Positions 20,498 through 32,369 of a DNA stretch of 64,000 nt are shown piece by piece (positions within the stretch are counted from its first letter, which is position 1; every line of letters starts with the position of its first letter). The notes below the pieces were generated by a model, which searched no databases, had not been told where the DNA came from, and was given only the letters and a program-made list of their open reading frames with translations. The position numbers and the translations under genes were made by a program. The stretch is taken from positions 12,808 to 76,807 of the forward strand of contig JAAWFD010000021.1 in the NCBI GenBank assembly GCA_022794615.1. The letters run 5' to 3'. The stretch is from Clostridia bacterium. GTDB taxonomy: Bacteria; Bacillota; Clostridia; TANB77; CAG-508.

Positions 20498-20556
20498 TAG
20501 GAAATAAATATATTCTAAAATGCTTATATATGTACATATGAAAGGACTTAAATAAA

Positions 20557-21579
20557 ATGAATGTATCAGATTTTAATTATTATTTACCAGAAGAATTAAT
20601 CGCCCAAGTACCAATAAGCAAAAGGGATGAATCAAGACTAATGGTACTAAATTGTAAAAAACAAACAATAGAACATAAGGTATTTAAAGATATAATAGAT
20701 TACTTTGAAGAAGGAGATTGTCTAGTAAGAAATAACACAAAAGTATTACCAGCACGATTATATGGGCAGAAAGAAACAGGAGCGAAAGTAGAATTTCTAT
20801 TATTAAATCAAATAGAAGGAGACATATGGGAAACAGCCGTTAGACCAGGAAACAAGCTACATAAAGGAGCAAAGGTAATATTTGGCAATGGACTATTAAA
20901 AGCAGAAGTAATAGACACAATGGAAGGTGGAACAAGAAAAGTAAAATTCGAATATAAAGGAATATTCAATGAAATATTAGACAAACTTGGATTAATGCCA
21001 TTACCACCATATATACATGAAGAATTGAAGGAAAATGACAGATATCAGACAGTATATGCAAAATATCGAGGCTCAGCGGCAGCACCAACAGCTGGATTAC
21101 ATTTTACTGAAGAGCTAATAGAAAAACTTAAACAAAAAGGTGTAAAAATTGCTAATGTTACATTACATGTTGGAATAGGAACATTTAGACCTGTAAAAGT
21201 AGAAAAGATTGAAGAACATCATATGCATTCAGAGCATTTTTATATAAAACAAGAGGATGCAGAAATAATAAACGAAACAAAAAGACAGGGAAAACGCATA
21301 ATCTCAGTAGGTACAACATCTACTAGAGTATTAGAAACTGTAGCAGATGAAAAAGGACTTGTAAAAGAAACAGAAGGAGATACACAAATTTTCATATATC
21401 CAGGGTACACATTCAAGTGTATAGATGGACTAATAACTAATTTTCATTTACCAGAATCAACACTACTAATGCTAGTATCAACATTAGCAGGAAGAGAATA
21501 CATATTAAAAGCATATGAAGAAGCAGTAAAACAAAAATATAGGTTTTTCAGCTTTGGAGATGCCATGTTTATAAGTTAG
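20557..21579 (+). CDS. queA: S-adenosylmethionine:tRNA ribosyltransferase-isomerase
   Basis: [19 protein letters not shown]... typical QueA N-terminus; 340 aa. Confidence 0.9.
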   Translation: MNVSDFNYYLPEELIAQVPISKRDESRLMVLNCKKQTIEHKVFKDIIDYFEEGDCLVRNNTKVLPARLYGQKETGAKVEFLLLNQIEGDIWETAVRPGNKLHKGAKVIFGNGLLKAEVIDTMEGGTRKVKFEYKGIFNEILDKLGLMPLPPYIHEELKENDRYQTVYAKYRGSAAAPTAGLHFTEELIEKLKQKGVKIANVTLHVGIGTFRPVKVEKIEEHHMHSEHFYIKQEDAEIINETKRQGKRIISVGTTSTRVLETVADEKGLVKETEGDTQIFIYPGYTFKCIDGLITNFHLPESTLLMLVSTLAGREYILKAYEEAVKQKYRFFSFGDAMFIS

Positions 21580-21836
21580 CCGTTCGAACGAAGTGAGTTA
21601 CGGATAACTTATGTAAATAACATGAAATGTTATTTACATACATTTAAAAAGCCATTCGAACAAAGTGAGTTACGGATAACTTATGGAAATAACATGAAAT
21701 GTTATTTCCATACATTTAAAAAGCTGTTCGAACAAAGCGAGTTAGGATAACTTATGTAAATAACATGAAATGTTATTTACATACATATAAAAAGCCATTC
21801 GAACAAAGCGAGTTAGGATAACTTATGGAAATAAAA
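21580..21836. repeat. tandem repeat, ~71-72 bp unit x 3.6 copies, each with an 11-bp-stem palindrome (gtaaataacat gaa atgttatttac / ggaaataacat gaa atgttatttcc)
   Basis: Units start at 21580, 21651, 21723, 21794 (gccRttcgaacaaagYgagtta(c)ggataacttatg...); contiguous, no spacers. Confidence 0.8.
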
Positions 21837-21932
21837 TCCAACCATAATTCATTAGAGACAGAAAAAAATCATCAACAACAAAATAAAGAAGAAATTGAAA
21901 ATGAAATATAGAAAATAAACAGAAAGGGATAA

Positions 21933-23060
<1,128 letters not shown>

Positions 23061-23082
23061 ATAACAGGAAAATACAAAAGAA

Positions 23083-24447
23083 TTGAAAGAAAGGGTGAAA
23101 AAAATGGATTTATTTGGAGATGTAGAACAAAAAATAAAACCAAAACAAAAAAAGCAGATAAAACCAACTACAATATTATTGATATTTATAGCAGTATTAG
23201 TAGTAATAACAATACTAATATTCTGTTTATTAATATATTTAAAAGGGAATATATTAAAAATAAGTATAAATGGTGTAAAAAGTGAAGAACTAAAAGAAAT
23301 TATAATAATAAAAGAAGATAAAGTAGTAGTACCAATAAAAGCAATAGCTAGGTACTTAGGATATGAAGCATATAGTGGGGACTATAAAACATTAGAAGTA
23401 GATGAAACAAAAAGCTATGTAAAAAGTGAAGATGAAGTAACGATGTTTACAGCTGGATCTAAAATAATTCAACAGATATTACTTGAAAATAATAGTTTGC
23501 AAGAAATAGTCATAGATGAAGAGATAATAGAAAAAGATGGAGAATTTTATACAACAATAAGTGGAGCTAGAAAAATTTTTAGTATATATTTTAATTATGA
23601 CAAAAATAAAAATGACATAATAATAATGACATTAGACTATTTATATGCAAACAACTTAAATTATTATATGCAAAATGGATTTGCAGAGATAAATGAAAGT
23701 TTCCAAAACAAGAAAGCATTATTAGAAAATATGATGATACTAAAAACAAGCAATAATAAATATGGAGTTATAAATGTAGCTACTGGTAAAATGATACTAG
23801 AGCCACAGTATGAAAATATAGATTATATACCTAAATTATCAAAATTTATAGTTACAGGAAATGGTCTAAAAGGAGTAATATCAAAAGATAAAGAGATGGT
23901 AGTAAAAATAGAATACAAAGATATACAAGTAATAGAAAACGAAAAAGACAATAGTAGTTATTATTTAGTAACTACAAGTAATGATTTAATGGGACTAATA
24001 GACAAAGATGGAAAAGAAATTATATATCCAGAATATAGTCAAATAGGATATAATATGAAGAATTTTACAGATAATGATATAGAAAGTGATTATATATTAT
24101 TTGGAAAATTAGTGCCAGTAAAACAAAATAATTTATGGGGGATATTTGATTTACAAGGAAATCAAATAACAGATTTTGAATTTTCTAATCTAGGATGTAC
24201 AACAAAATTATCAAATGCATACAATATTATACAAGTTCCAGAATATGAATTAATAATAGTAAGTTCAACAAATGGAAAATATGATATTATAAGAACAGAT
24301 GGAACAAAATTGTTTGGTTTTGTATTAGACTCAGTATACAAAACTATAAATACTGGAAAAAGCTACTACTACATGGTAGTTAATGGAACAACAATAGATT
24401 TAGTAACATATTTAGAGGAGCATGGAATAACAAAGGTAAGTCAATAA
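23083..24447 (+). CDS. membrane-anchored WG-repeat protein (hypothetical)
   Basis: N-terminal TM helix; repeated ~40-aa units with WG/YG motifs (LWGIFDLQGNQI, KYGVINVATGKM, LMGLIDKDGKEI). Confidence 0.45.
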   Translation: MKERVKKMDLFGDVEQKIKPKQKKQIKPTTILLIFIAVLVVITILIFCLLIYLKGNILKISINGVKSEELKEIIIIKEDKVVVPIKAIARYLGYEAYSGDYKTLEVDETKSYVKSEDEVTMFTAGSKIIQQILLENNSLQEIVIDEEIIEKDGEFYTTISGARKIFSIYFNYDKNKNDIIIMTLDYLYANNLNYYMQNGFAEINESFQNKKALLENMMILKTSNNKYGVINVATGKMILEPQYENIDYIPKLSKFIVTGNGLKGVISKDKEMVVKIEYKDIQVIENEKDNSSYYLVTTSNDLMGLIDKDGKEIIYPEYSQIGYNMKNFTDNDIESDYILFGKLVPVKQNNLWGIFDLQGNQITDFEFSNLGCTTKLSNAYNIIQVPEYELIIVSSTNGKYDIIRTDGTKLFGFVLDSVYKTINTGKSYYYMVVNGTTIDLVTYLEEHGITKVSQ

Positions 24448-24608
24448 AAAGCTAATAGAAAAAATATATTCAAGTACAAAATAGATATATTATATTTTTA
24501 AATTTAACTAATTCTCAAGAATACTCATTTTTGCGTAACCTTGAGAATTAGTTGTTTTCTAAAATAAATACATATAATTCTTCACAAAATGTTTTTTATA
24601 AAAAATTA

Positions 24609-25274
24609 TCAATACAAAAGAGTTACCTTATTGGCAGACCTTCTAATAAAACCATCATCTTCTAAAAATTTAAGTTCTCTCATCATAGCACTTCTATCAA
24701 CATTTAAGTAATCAGCCAAATCAGTATAAGAAAATGAAATAAAAATAGTTTTACTATGTTTTTTCGAAGACTTTAAATTAAAGTATGAAAGAAGCTTATC
24801 TCTTGTATTACGTTTAGTCAAATGCTCAATTCTAGTATTAAGATTAATAATATTATTCAAAAACAGCTTATTAAAATTATCATATAATTCCTTATGGAAT
24901 GGACAAGTTTTTTTACATTTAGAAAATAAATCATCATAAATATAAAACAAAACTTTACAATCTTTTTTTGCCAAAACGAACAATTCATTATTAGTATTAG
25001 TAACATGAAAGATTTCACCGAAAATATCATTTTTAATAAAATGTCGAATAATAGTCTTATTACCATTAATATCATAACGAATTAAATCTGCTTCTCCTTC
25101 CATAAGAATACATACCTGATTTCTTTTTTCAATATATGTAGTAATTACATCATTTTTAGAAAAAAGCTTAACCTGAGCCTTTGAACATTGATTAGCGAAA
25201 GACTCTACAAAATAGCTATCTTCAGCGTTTAACCCCATAATATAAACCTCCAATATTACAAAAATATTACACAA
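24609..25274 (-). CDS. Crp/Fnr family transcriptional regulator
   Basis: N-terminal cNMP-binding-like beta-roll, C-terminal HTH (ISFSYTDLADYLNVDRSAMMRELKFLEDDGFI). Confidence 0.7.
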   Translation of the reverse strand: MCNIFVILEVYIMGLNAEDSYFVESFANQCSKAQVKLFSKNDVITTYIEKRNQVCILMEGEADLIRYDINGNKTIIRHFIKNDIFGEIFHVTNTNNELFVLAKKDCKVLFYIYDDLFSKCKKTCPFHKELYDNFNKLFLNNIINLNTRIEHLTKRNTRDKLLSYFNLKSSKKHSKTIFISFSYTDLADYLNVDRSAMMRELKFLEDDGFIRRSANKVTLLY

Positions 25275-25374
25275 ATATTACATTTGCATTATATTATAAT
25301 TTTGTTGCTTTTGCAACAGCGAAAATAAAAAATAGATATATAATGTGAGTATAAAAAAGAAGGAGGAAGTAAAA

Positions 25375-27501
25375 ATGAAAATAATAAAAAGAGATGGAAG
25401 AGCTGTAGATTATGATAGACAAAAGATAGTAATAGCAATTGAAAAAGCAAATCAAGAAGTAAGAAAACATGAAAGAGCAAGTAAGGAAGATATCAAGCTA
25501 ATAATTGACTATATAGAAGATTTAGACAAAAAAAGAATGTTAGTAGAAGATATACAAGATATAATAGAAGAAAAATTAATGGAATTAAATAAATATGAAT
25601 TAGCCAAAAAATATATAGTATATAGATATACAAGAGCACTAGTAAGAAAACAAAACACAACAGATGAATCAATATTAGGACTAATAAGAAAAACAAATAC
25701 AGAATTAATGGAAGAAAACTCTAACAAAAATGCAATAATAGCATCAACACAAAGAGATTTAATTGCAGGAGAAGTTTCAAAAGATTTAACAAAAAGAATG
25801 CTATTACCAGAAAAAATAACAAAAGCTCATGAAGATGGAGTTCTACATTTCCATGATGCAGATTACTTCCTACAACCAATATTTAATTGTTGCTTAATAA
25901 ATATAGGAGACATGTTAGACAATGGAACAGTAATGAATGGAAAGTTGATGGAAACACCAAAAAGTTTCCAAGTAGCATGTACAATAACAACACAAATTAT
26001 AGCCTCAGTAGCAAGTAGCCAATATGGTGGACAATCAGTTGATATAAAACATTTAGGAAAATACCTAAGAAAAAGTTACAACAGATTCAAAAAAGAATTA
26101 ACAGAAGAGTACAAAGACAAATTAAGTGAAGATTTAATAGAAGACTTAACACAGACAAGATTAAGAACAGAACTAAGACAAGGTGTACAAACTATACAAT
26201 ATCAAATAAATACATTAATGACAACAAACGGACAATCACCATTTGTAACATTATTCCTAAACTTAGAAAAAGATGATGAATATATAAAAGAAAATGCAAT
26301 GATAATAGAAGAGATATTAAAACAAAGATATCAAGGAATAAAAAACGAAAAGGGAGTATATGTAACACCAGCATTTCCTAAGTTAATATATGTATTAGAC
26401 GAGCATAACTGTTTAAAAGGTGGAGAGTATGACTATTTAACAAAATTAGCTGTAAAATGTTCATCAAAGAGAATGTATCCAGATTACATATCAGCAAAGA
26501 AAATGCGTGAGAATTATGAAGGAAATGTATTTAGTCCAATGGGATGTAGAAGTTTCTTATCACCATGGAAAGATGAAAATGGAGAATATAAATTTGAAGG
26601 AAGATTCAACCAAGGTGTAGTAAGCATCAATTTACCACAAGTAGGAATAATAGCAGATGGAGATGAAGAAAAGTTTTGGAAACTACTAGATGAAAGATTA
26701 GAACTATGTAAAGAAGCATTAATGTGTAGACACTATTCATTAATAGGAACATCATCAGATGTAAGCCCAATACATTGGAGATATGGAGCGATAGCAAGAT
26801 TAGAGCCAGGGGAGAAAATAGACAAATTATTAAAAGGAGGATACTCAACATTATCATTAGGATATATAGGAATATATGAACTAACAAAAGGAATGAAAGG
26901 CGTATCACAAACAGCCCCAGAAGGTCGTGAATTCGCATTAAAAGTAATGAAACATTTAAATGAGACAGTTGCTAGATGGAAAAAAGAAAGTGGGCTAGGA
27001 TTTGCACTATATGGAACACCAGCAGAGAGTTTATGCTATAGATTTGCACGTATAGACAAAGAAAAATTTGGAAATATAGAAGACATTACAGACAAAGGAT
27101 ATTATACAAATTCATATCATATAGATGTAAGAGAAAAGATAGATGCATTCAGCAAATTATTATTTGAAAGTGAATTCCAGAAATTATCTACAGGGGGAGC
27201 AATATCATATGTAGAAATACCAAATATGGAAAAAAATCTAACAGCATTAGAAGATTTAGTACAATTTATATATGACAATATACAATACGCAGAATTCAAT
27301 ACAAAATCAGACTATTGCCATATATGTGGATATGATGGAGAAATAATAATAAATGACAATAATGAATGGGAATGCCCACAATGTGGAAATAAAGACCATA
27401 GCAAAATGAGTGTAACAAGAAGAACATGTGGATATTTAGGTGAAAATTTCTGGAATGCAGGAAAGACAAAAGAAATTAAATCAAGAGTATTACATTTATA
27501 A
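25375..27501 (+). CDS. nrdD: anaerobic ribonucleoside-triphosphate reductase (class III)
   Basis: C-terminal zinc ribbon (CHICGY...CPQCG) and glycyl-radical motif RRTCGYLG; start chosen at MKIIKRDG behind SD AAGGAGGAAG (ORF track begins 10 codons earlier). Confidence 0.9.
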   Translation: MKIIKRDGRAVDYDRQKIVIAIEKANQEVRKHERASKEDIKLIIDYIEDLDKKRMLVEDIQDIIEEKLMELNKYELAKKYIVYRYTRALVRKQNTTDESILGLIRKTNTELMEENSNKNAIIASTQRDLIAGEVSKDLTKRMLLPEKITKAHEDGVLHFHDADYFLQPIFNCCLINIGDMLDNGTVMNGKLMETPKSFQVACTITTQIIASVASSQYGGQSVDIKHLGKYLRKSYNRFKKELTEEYKDKLSEDLIEDLTQTRLRTELRQGVQTIQYQINTLMTTNGQSPFVTLFLNLEKDDEYIKENAMIIEEILKQRYQGIKNEKGVYVTPAFPKLIYVLDEHNCLKGGEYDYLTKLAVKCSSKRMYPDYISAKKMRENYEGNVFSPMGCRSFLSPWKDENGEYKFEGRFNQGVVSINLPQVGIIADGDEEKFWKLLDERLELCKEALMCRHYSLIGTSSDVSPIHWRYGAIARLEPGEKIDKLLKGGYSTLSLGYIGIYELTKGMKGVSQTAPEGREFALKVMKHLNETVARWKKESGLGFALYGTPAESLCYRFARIDKEKFGNIEDITDKGYYTNSYHIDVREKIDAFSKLLFESEFQKLSTGGAISYVEIPNMEKNLTALEDLVQFIYDNIQYAEFNTKSDYCHICGYDGEIIINDNNEWECPQCGNKDHSKMSVTRRTCGYLGENFWNAGKTKEIKSRVLHL

Positions 27502-27535
27502 AATCAAAAGAAAAAGACTTTGTGTGATAGGGACG

Positions 27536-27600
27536 TGTGTCATGGGGACGTACATTTTGACATAATATAGGTATGTCAAAATGTACGTCCCCATGACACA
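27536..27600. repeat. REP-like perfect hairpin: 29-bp stem, 7-nt loop; variant of the RayT terminal repeat
   Basis: 27536-27564 is the exact reverse complement of 27572-27600; shares TGTGTCATGGGGACGT...TTTTGACA with the 46112/46961 repeats; a degenerate partial copy tgtgtgatagggacg lies at 27521-27535. Confidence 0.75.
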
Positions 27601-27630
27601 AAAAATAAATAGAAAGAGAAATATTAAAAT

Positions 27631-28680
27631 ATGAAAAGAGTATTATTAGGAATGAGTGGTGGAGTAGATAGTAGTGTATCTGCTATCTTATTAAAAGAAC
27701 AAGGATATGAAGTAATAGGAGTAACTGCTAAATTATATGAAGAAGAAAATCAAAATTGCTGCGACTCTAATAATCCTAGTTTAGATGCAAAAAAAGTATG
27801 TGACTATTTACAAATACCACATTACACAGTAAATTATAAAGAAGAATTTGAAAAAAATGTTATACAAGACTTTGTAATAAACTATAAAAATTGCAGAACA
27901 CCTAATCCTTGTATAGAATGTAATAAATACCTAAAATTTGGTAAATTATATCAAAAAGCATTAGAACTGCAATGTGATTATATTGCAACAGGACATTATG
28001 CCAATATTGAATATGATGAAAAATATCATAAAAATATGCTAAAAAAAGCAAGAGCTATAGAAAAAGACCAAAGTTATGTTTTATATAGTATACCGCAACA
28101 AATATTAGATAAAATAATATTACCATTAGGTAATTTCAATAACAAAGAAGAAATAAGAGCAATAGCAAGAAGTTATAATTTGCCAGTAGCGAATAAGCCT
28201 GATAGTGAGGATATATGTTTTATACCACATGGAAATTATAAAGAGTTTTTAGAAAATAGGGGAGTAACACAAAAATCAGGTGATATAATATTAAATAATG
28301 GAAAATTAGTAGGAAAGCATAATGGATTATATAATTATACAGTAGGACAGCGTAGGGGACTAGGAATAGCTTATGAAGTACCATTATTTGTAATAGGTTT
28401 TAACAAAGAGAAAAATCAAGTAATAGTTGGAAGGGAAGAAGAACTGTATAAAAAAGAAATAATAGTAGATAGTGTAAATTGGTTATATGATATAGAATTG
28501 CCAAACAAGGTTAAAACTAAAATAAGATATTCAAAAAAAGAAGCGGAATCTATAATAGAGAAACTAGCAGATGGGAATATAAAAGTTACTTTTGAAGAGC
28601 CTCAGAGAGCACCTACACCAGGTCAATCAGCAGTATTTTATATTGATGATGCTGTAATTGGTGGAGGCAAAATTATATAG
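27631..28680 (+). CDS. mnmA: tRNA-specific 2-thiouridylase
   Basis: PP-loop LLGMSGGVDSSVSA, catalytic Cys region NPCIECNKYLKF. Confidence 0.9.
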   Translation: MKRVLLGMSGGVDSSVSAILLKEQGYEVIGVTAKLYEEENQNCCDSNNPSLDAKKVCDYLQIPHYTVNYKEEFEKNVIQDFVINYKNCRTPNPCIECNKYLKFGKLYQKALELQCDYIATGHYANIEYDEKYHKNMLKKARAIEKDQSYVLYSIPQQILDKIILPLGNFNNKEEIRAIARSYNLPVANKPDSEDICFIPHGNYKEFLENRGVTQKSGDIILNNGKLVGKHNGLYNYTVGQRRGLGIAYEVPLFVIGFNKEKNQVIVGREEELYKKEIIVDSVNWLYDIELPNKVKTKIRYSKKEAESIIEKLADGNIKVTFEEPQRAPTPGQSAVFYIDDAVIGGGKII

Positions 28681-28739
28681 GAAAAAATAAGTTTTTTTAT
28701 TGTAAAACACTAAAAAATGTGATAATATAAATAAAAAGT

Positions 28740-28946
28740 GTGGGAGGTTATATAATGTCTGAAAAGAATGATAATAAAAGAAAAATAGAGATAGTATCAG
28801 AAGATGATGGTTCAACATTAGAAATATCACCATTATATGAGAATATTAATACAGTAAAACCAAAAGATGAAGAAAACAAACCAAAAAATATTGTTATACC
28901 AGAAGAAAGAAATAAAGATAAAAAAAAGAAAGAAGATAATAAATAG
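28740..28946 (+). CDS. hypothetical small Lys/Glu-rich protein
   Basis: 68-aa ORF behind SD GGGAGG; no motif; weak. Confidence 0.25.
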   Translation: MGGYIMSEKNDNKRKIEIVSEDDGSTLEISPLYENINTVKPKDEENKPKNIVIPEERNKDKKKKEDNK

Positions 28947-28982
28947 AAAAATGCAACATTCAATGATTTTTCTATACAATAA

Positions 28983-29011
28983 AAAACTACCCATCATGGG
29001 TAGTTTTCATA
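28983..29011. terminator. bidirectional intrinsic terminator hairpin (aaaactacccatcatgggtagtttt) between convergent genes
   Basis: Perfect palindrome flanked by A-run/T-run, immediately 3' of hup (-) and the 28740 ORF (+). Confidence 0.6.
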
Positions 29012-29034
29012 TATTTATATAATATCAATAAAAA

Positions 29035-29313
29035 TTAGTTTCCGTTTACTAAATCTTTTAATGCTTTACCAGCTTTGAATACTGGAGCTTTAGATGCAGG
29101 TATTTTTATTTCTTCTTTAGTTTGTGGATTTCTACCTTTTCTAGCTGCTCTTTTTCTTACTTCGAAAGAACCAAATCCAACTAATTGAACTTTGTCTCCT
29201 CCTTTAAGTGCTCCTGTTACAACTTCAACAAATGCGTTTACAGATTCTTCAGCTGCTTTTTTTGTTGCACCTGTTTTTGCAGCTACTGCTGCTACTAATT
29301 CAGCTTTGTTCAT
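29035..29313 (-). CDS. hup: DNA-binding protein HU
   Basis: [11 protein letters not shown]...[20 protein letters not shown].. canonical HU sequence. Confidence 0.95.
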   Translation of the reverse strand: MNKAELVAAVAAKTGATKKAAEESVNAFVEVVTGALKGGDKVQLVGFGSFEVRKRAARKGRNPQTKEEIKIPASKAPVFKAGKALKDLVNGN

Positions 29314-29427
29314 TTTACTACCTCCTATAAGATTTATGTTTTATGTAGTATTAGATAGCTATGTTGGCAGTATCTACACTACTAATTACTTTTATTCGCC
29401 ATAATTAGATAAAATCCCTCTAAAATT

Positions 29428-31045
29428 TTAATAAATTCTTAATTTTTCTAGAAAAAAGCACAAATTTTGTCCAAATGGGAATAAATATAGTTCTTCTTTT
29501 GTAAAAATTTTCAAAACAATAATTGAAATAAAGTAAATAGCTATAGCTGATAAGATTGATATTATTGTAGCCAAATTTTCCGCTAATATACAATTTAACA
29601 TCATAAAAATAAAATAAGAGCAAATTCCCATAATAAAATTAGCAACAATAGGCTTTAAAATAAATTTTGAAAACGAAATTTTTAATTTTGCAATCTTCTT
29701 TAAAGCTACAAAAGCAATAACAAAAGAAATAATATTACAACAAGCAGTTCCTATTGAAGCACCATAAATATTTAGTTTAGGAATTCTAAGCAAAATTAAA
29801 TTTAAAATTAATTTTATAACAACACCTATACCTAAAGAAAGGGTAGGTATAAAAAATTTTCCAAAGCCTTGGAGTGCACCATTAGTGGTTTGTATAAGAA
29901 GAGAGAATATTATTGATATAGAAGCAATTTGTAATAATAAAGCACCACTATTAGCATTGGGATAAAGCAAATTAAGAATAGGTTGAGCAAAAATACAAAA
30001 TCCTAATGTACATGGAAGACCAATTAAAATAGAAATCAATATAGAAAAGCTAGATGTATTTTTTGCCGTTTCAGTATTTCTTTTAGCAATGGCAGCAGAT
30101 ATGGTAGGAATTAATGCAGTTGAAAATGCCATATTAAAAGATAGTGGTAGTGCAATTAATGTTTCAATTTTTCCACCTAATATTCCATACTTTTCTATAG
30201 CAATTTCAGGTGGCAAATATGTAGATAGTATCTTATTTACAGTAAAAGCATCAATATTTTTTGTAACAGAAGAAAGAATAGAGCTTATGGTCATAGGAAT
30301 AGATACCAACAAAACATTTTTTAATATAGTATGTACTTTTTCATACTTATAATTAATAGTAGATTTTATTTCTTGAGCAATTTCAGATTTTCTTTGATTA
30401 TAGTAAAGTAATAAATAAGAAAAGCTTGAGAAAGTGGCTAGTGTAGTAGCTATGTTAGCACCAGCTGCCATGAATTTAGTAGATGTATTAGTAAAAATAG
30501 CAACAAGTTCTACAATCAGAATCGTAAATCCGGTTTTAAAAAACTGCTCAATAAATTGTGTTTTTGCAGTAATTTCTAGATTTTTTCTACCATTAAAGTA
30601 ACCTCTCATAACTGAAGAAACAGCAACAAAAAATATAGCAGGGGAAAGGGCAACTAATGTCATTTCTGCTTCTGGAATTTCAAGCCATTCATTTGCAATT
30701 ACAGAGGCACTAGAAAATAGTAAAAATGTGCCTAATAAGCCTATGAATGCAAAAACAATAAAAGCCACTTTAAATATTTTATTTGCTCCACGATGATTAC
30801 CGAATTGCGACTCTTTCTGCAACTAATTTAGAAATTGCATTTGGTACTCCAATAGAAGAGACAGTAAGCAATAAAGAGTATATTTGATATCCACTAGAGT
30901 AAATTGCATTTCCTACATCACCAAAACCATTTTTATTTGTTAAATATAATGTATGGATTAGACCTAATACTTTGATTAAAACTTGAGAAAATATTAAAAC
31001 AAATATGCCTTGCATTAATCCATTAGTTTTATGCTTTTTTTTCAT
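29428..31045 (-). pseudogene. SpoVB/Wzx-type polysaccharide-biosynthesis (MOP superfamily) flippase, interrupted by a +1 frameshift near 30800
   Basis: ORFs 30797..31045 and 29428..30822 overlap and together form a 14-TM MOP flippase; joint ..KLVAERVAIR* / ..QFGNHRGANKIFKV is restored by removing one nt in attcGgtaat. Confidence 0.55.
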
Positions 31046-31312
31046 TATACCTCCATTTTTATTCTATGGTTACGGTTGATTTGAAATTGTATTCGGTTAA
31101 ACAGGACTATATAATTTTAACCTGAACTGTAACCCATCAAGCAGATATGTTCAACAAATTTTAGAAAAAATATTGACAAACTGCTTATTTTGTATTAAAA
31201 TTATTCAGTATTATGTATAAATATGATTTAAATATAAAACTTCTCCCCGGTAGTTTCTTATTTAAATTTCATATATAAATAATTATATAAAAATAGGAGG
31301 GTTAATATTACC

Positions 31313-31747
31313 ATGAATAATATTACATATAGTGCTAAAAAGAGCGAAATTCAAAGAAAATGGTATATAATAGATGCAGCTAATAAACCAATGGGTAGAG
31401 TTGCTACAGAAGCTGCAAAATTATTAAGAGGAAAACATAAGCCAACATTTACACCTAATATAGATACAGGTGACCATGTTATAATAATTAATTGCAAAGA
31501 TGCAATCTTAACAGGAAATAAGATAAATCAAAAAGTATATAGACATCATTCAGGATATATTGGAGGAATGAAAGAAATTTCTGCCAAAGTAATGATGGAA
31601 AAAACTCCAGAAAGAGCTATGATGTTAGCTGTAAAAGGAATGTTACCACACAATTCTTTAGGAAGAAAAAGTCTTACAAAATTAAGAGTATATGCTGGTA
31701 GTGAACATGAAAATCAAGCACAACAACCAGAAATATGGAATTTTTAA
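31313..31747 (+). CDS. rplM: 50S ribosomal protein L13
   Basis: 144 aa, KxWYIIDA...GRVAT..LRGKHKP signature. Confidence 0.95.
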   Translation: MNNITYSAKKSEIQRKWYIIDAANKPMGRVATEAAKLLRGKHKPTFTPNIDTGDHVIIINCKDAILTGNKINQKVYRHHSGYIGGMKEISAKVMMEKTPERAMMLAVKGMLPHNSLGRKSLTKLRVYAGSEHENQAQQPEIWNF

Positions 31748-31765
31748 TAGGGAGGAAGTACAATA

Positions 31766-32164
31766 ATGGCAGATAAGAAAATAGTATTTTATGGTACAGG
31801 TAGAAGAAAAAGCTCAATTGCTAGAGTTAGGTTAGTAGAAGGTAAAGGAGCAATAACTGTAAATGGTAGAAAATTAGATGAATTTTTTGGTGAAGAAACA
31901 TTAAAAGTTATAGTTAAACAACCTTTAACAGTTACAAATACATTAGACAAATATGATGTAATTTGTAAAGTTTGTGGGGGAGGTTTCTCAGGTCAAGCTG
32001 GAGCTATTCGCCATGGTATTGCTAGAGCTTTAAATGAAGCAAATTCTGAATACAGACCAGAATTAAAATCAAATGGTTTCTTAACTAGAGATTCTAGAAT
32101 GAAAGAGCGTAAAAAATATGGTCTTAAAAAAGCTAGAAAAGCACCACAATTCAGTAAGAGATAA
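31766..32164 (+). CDS. rpsI: 30S ribosomal protein S9
   Basis: [13 protein letters not shown]...C-terminal [14 protein letters not shown]. Confidence 0.95.
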   Translation: MADKKIVFYGTGRRKSSIARVRLVEGKGAITVNGRKLDEFFGEETLKVIVKQPLTVTNTLDKYDVICKVCGGGFSGQAGAIRHGIARALNEANSEYRPELKSNGFLTRDSRMKERKKYGLKKARKAPQFSKR

Positions 32165-32206
32165 AAAAGAGCCCATTTGGGCAAGAGGTCAAAAACCTAT
32201 ATACAA

Positions 32207-32238
32207 AGCGGTAATCTATTTCGATTACTGCTTTTTAT
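32207..32238 (+). terminator. intrinsic terminator after rpsI
   Basis: Hairpin agcggtaatc..gattactgct followed by TTTTT. Confidence 0.5.
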
Positions 32239-32369
32239 TATCTTTATAAAAGTCATTAAAATCTGATAAAAGCTCTCAAAAGCGACTAGCTAATATACAC
32301 ACAATATACAAATTTAAAAAAGAGGTCATATTTTACTTTATTGACCTCCTCCATCTTTTCTTAACTTAT

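Noticed and set aside
21580-21836. Possible CRISPR array
   Set aside because: Units are contiguous tandem copies with no unique spacers and no cas genes; classified as a tandem repeat instead.
25262-25300. NrdR box upstream of nrdD
   Set aside because: The sequence acacaaatattacatt only loosely resembles the 16-bp NrdR palindrome (acaCwAtATaTwGtgt); not convincing without a matrix search.
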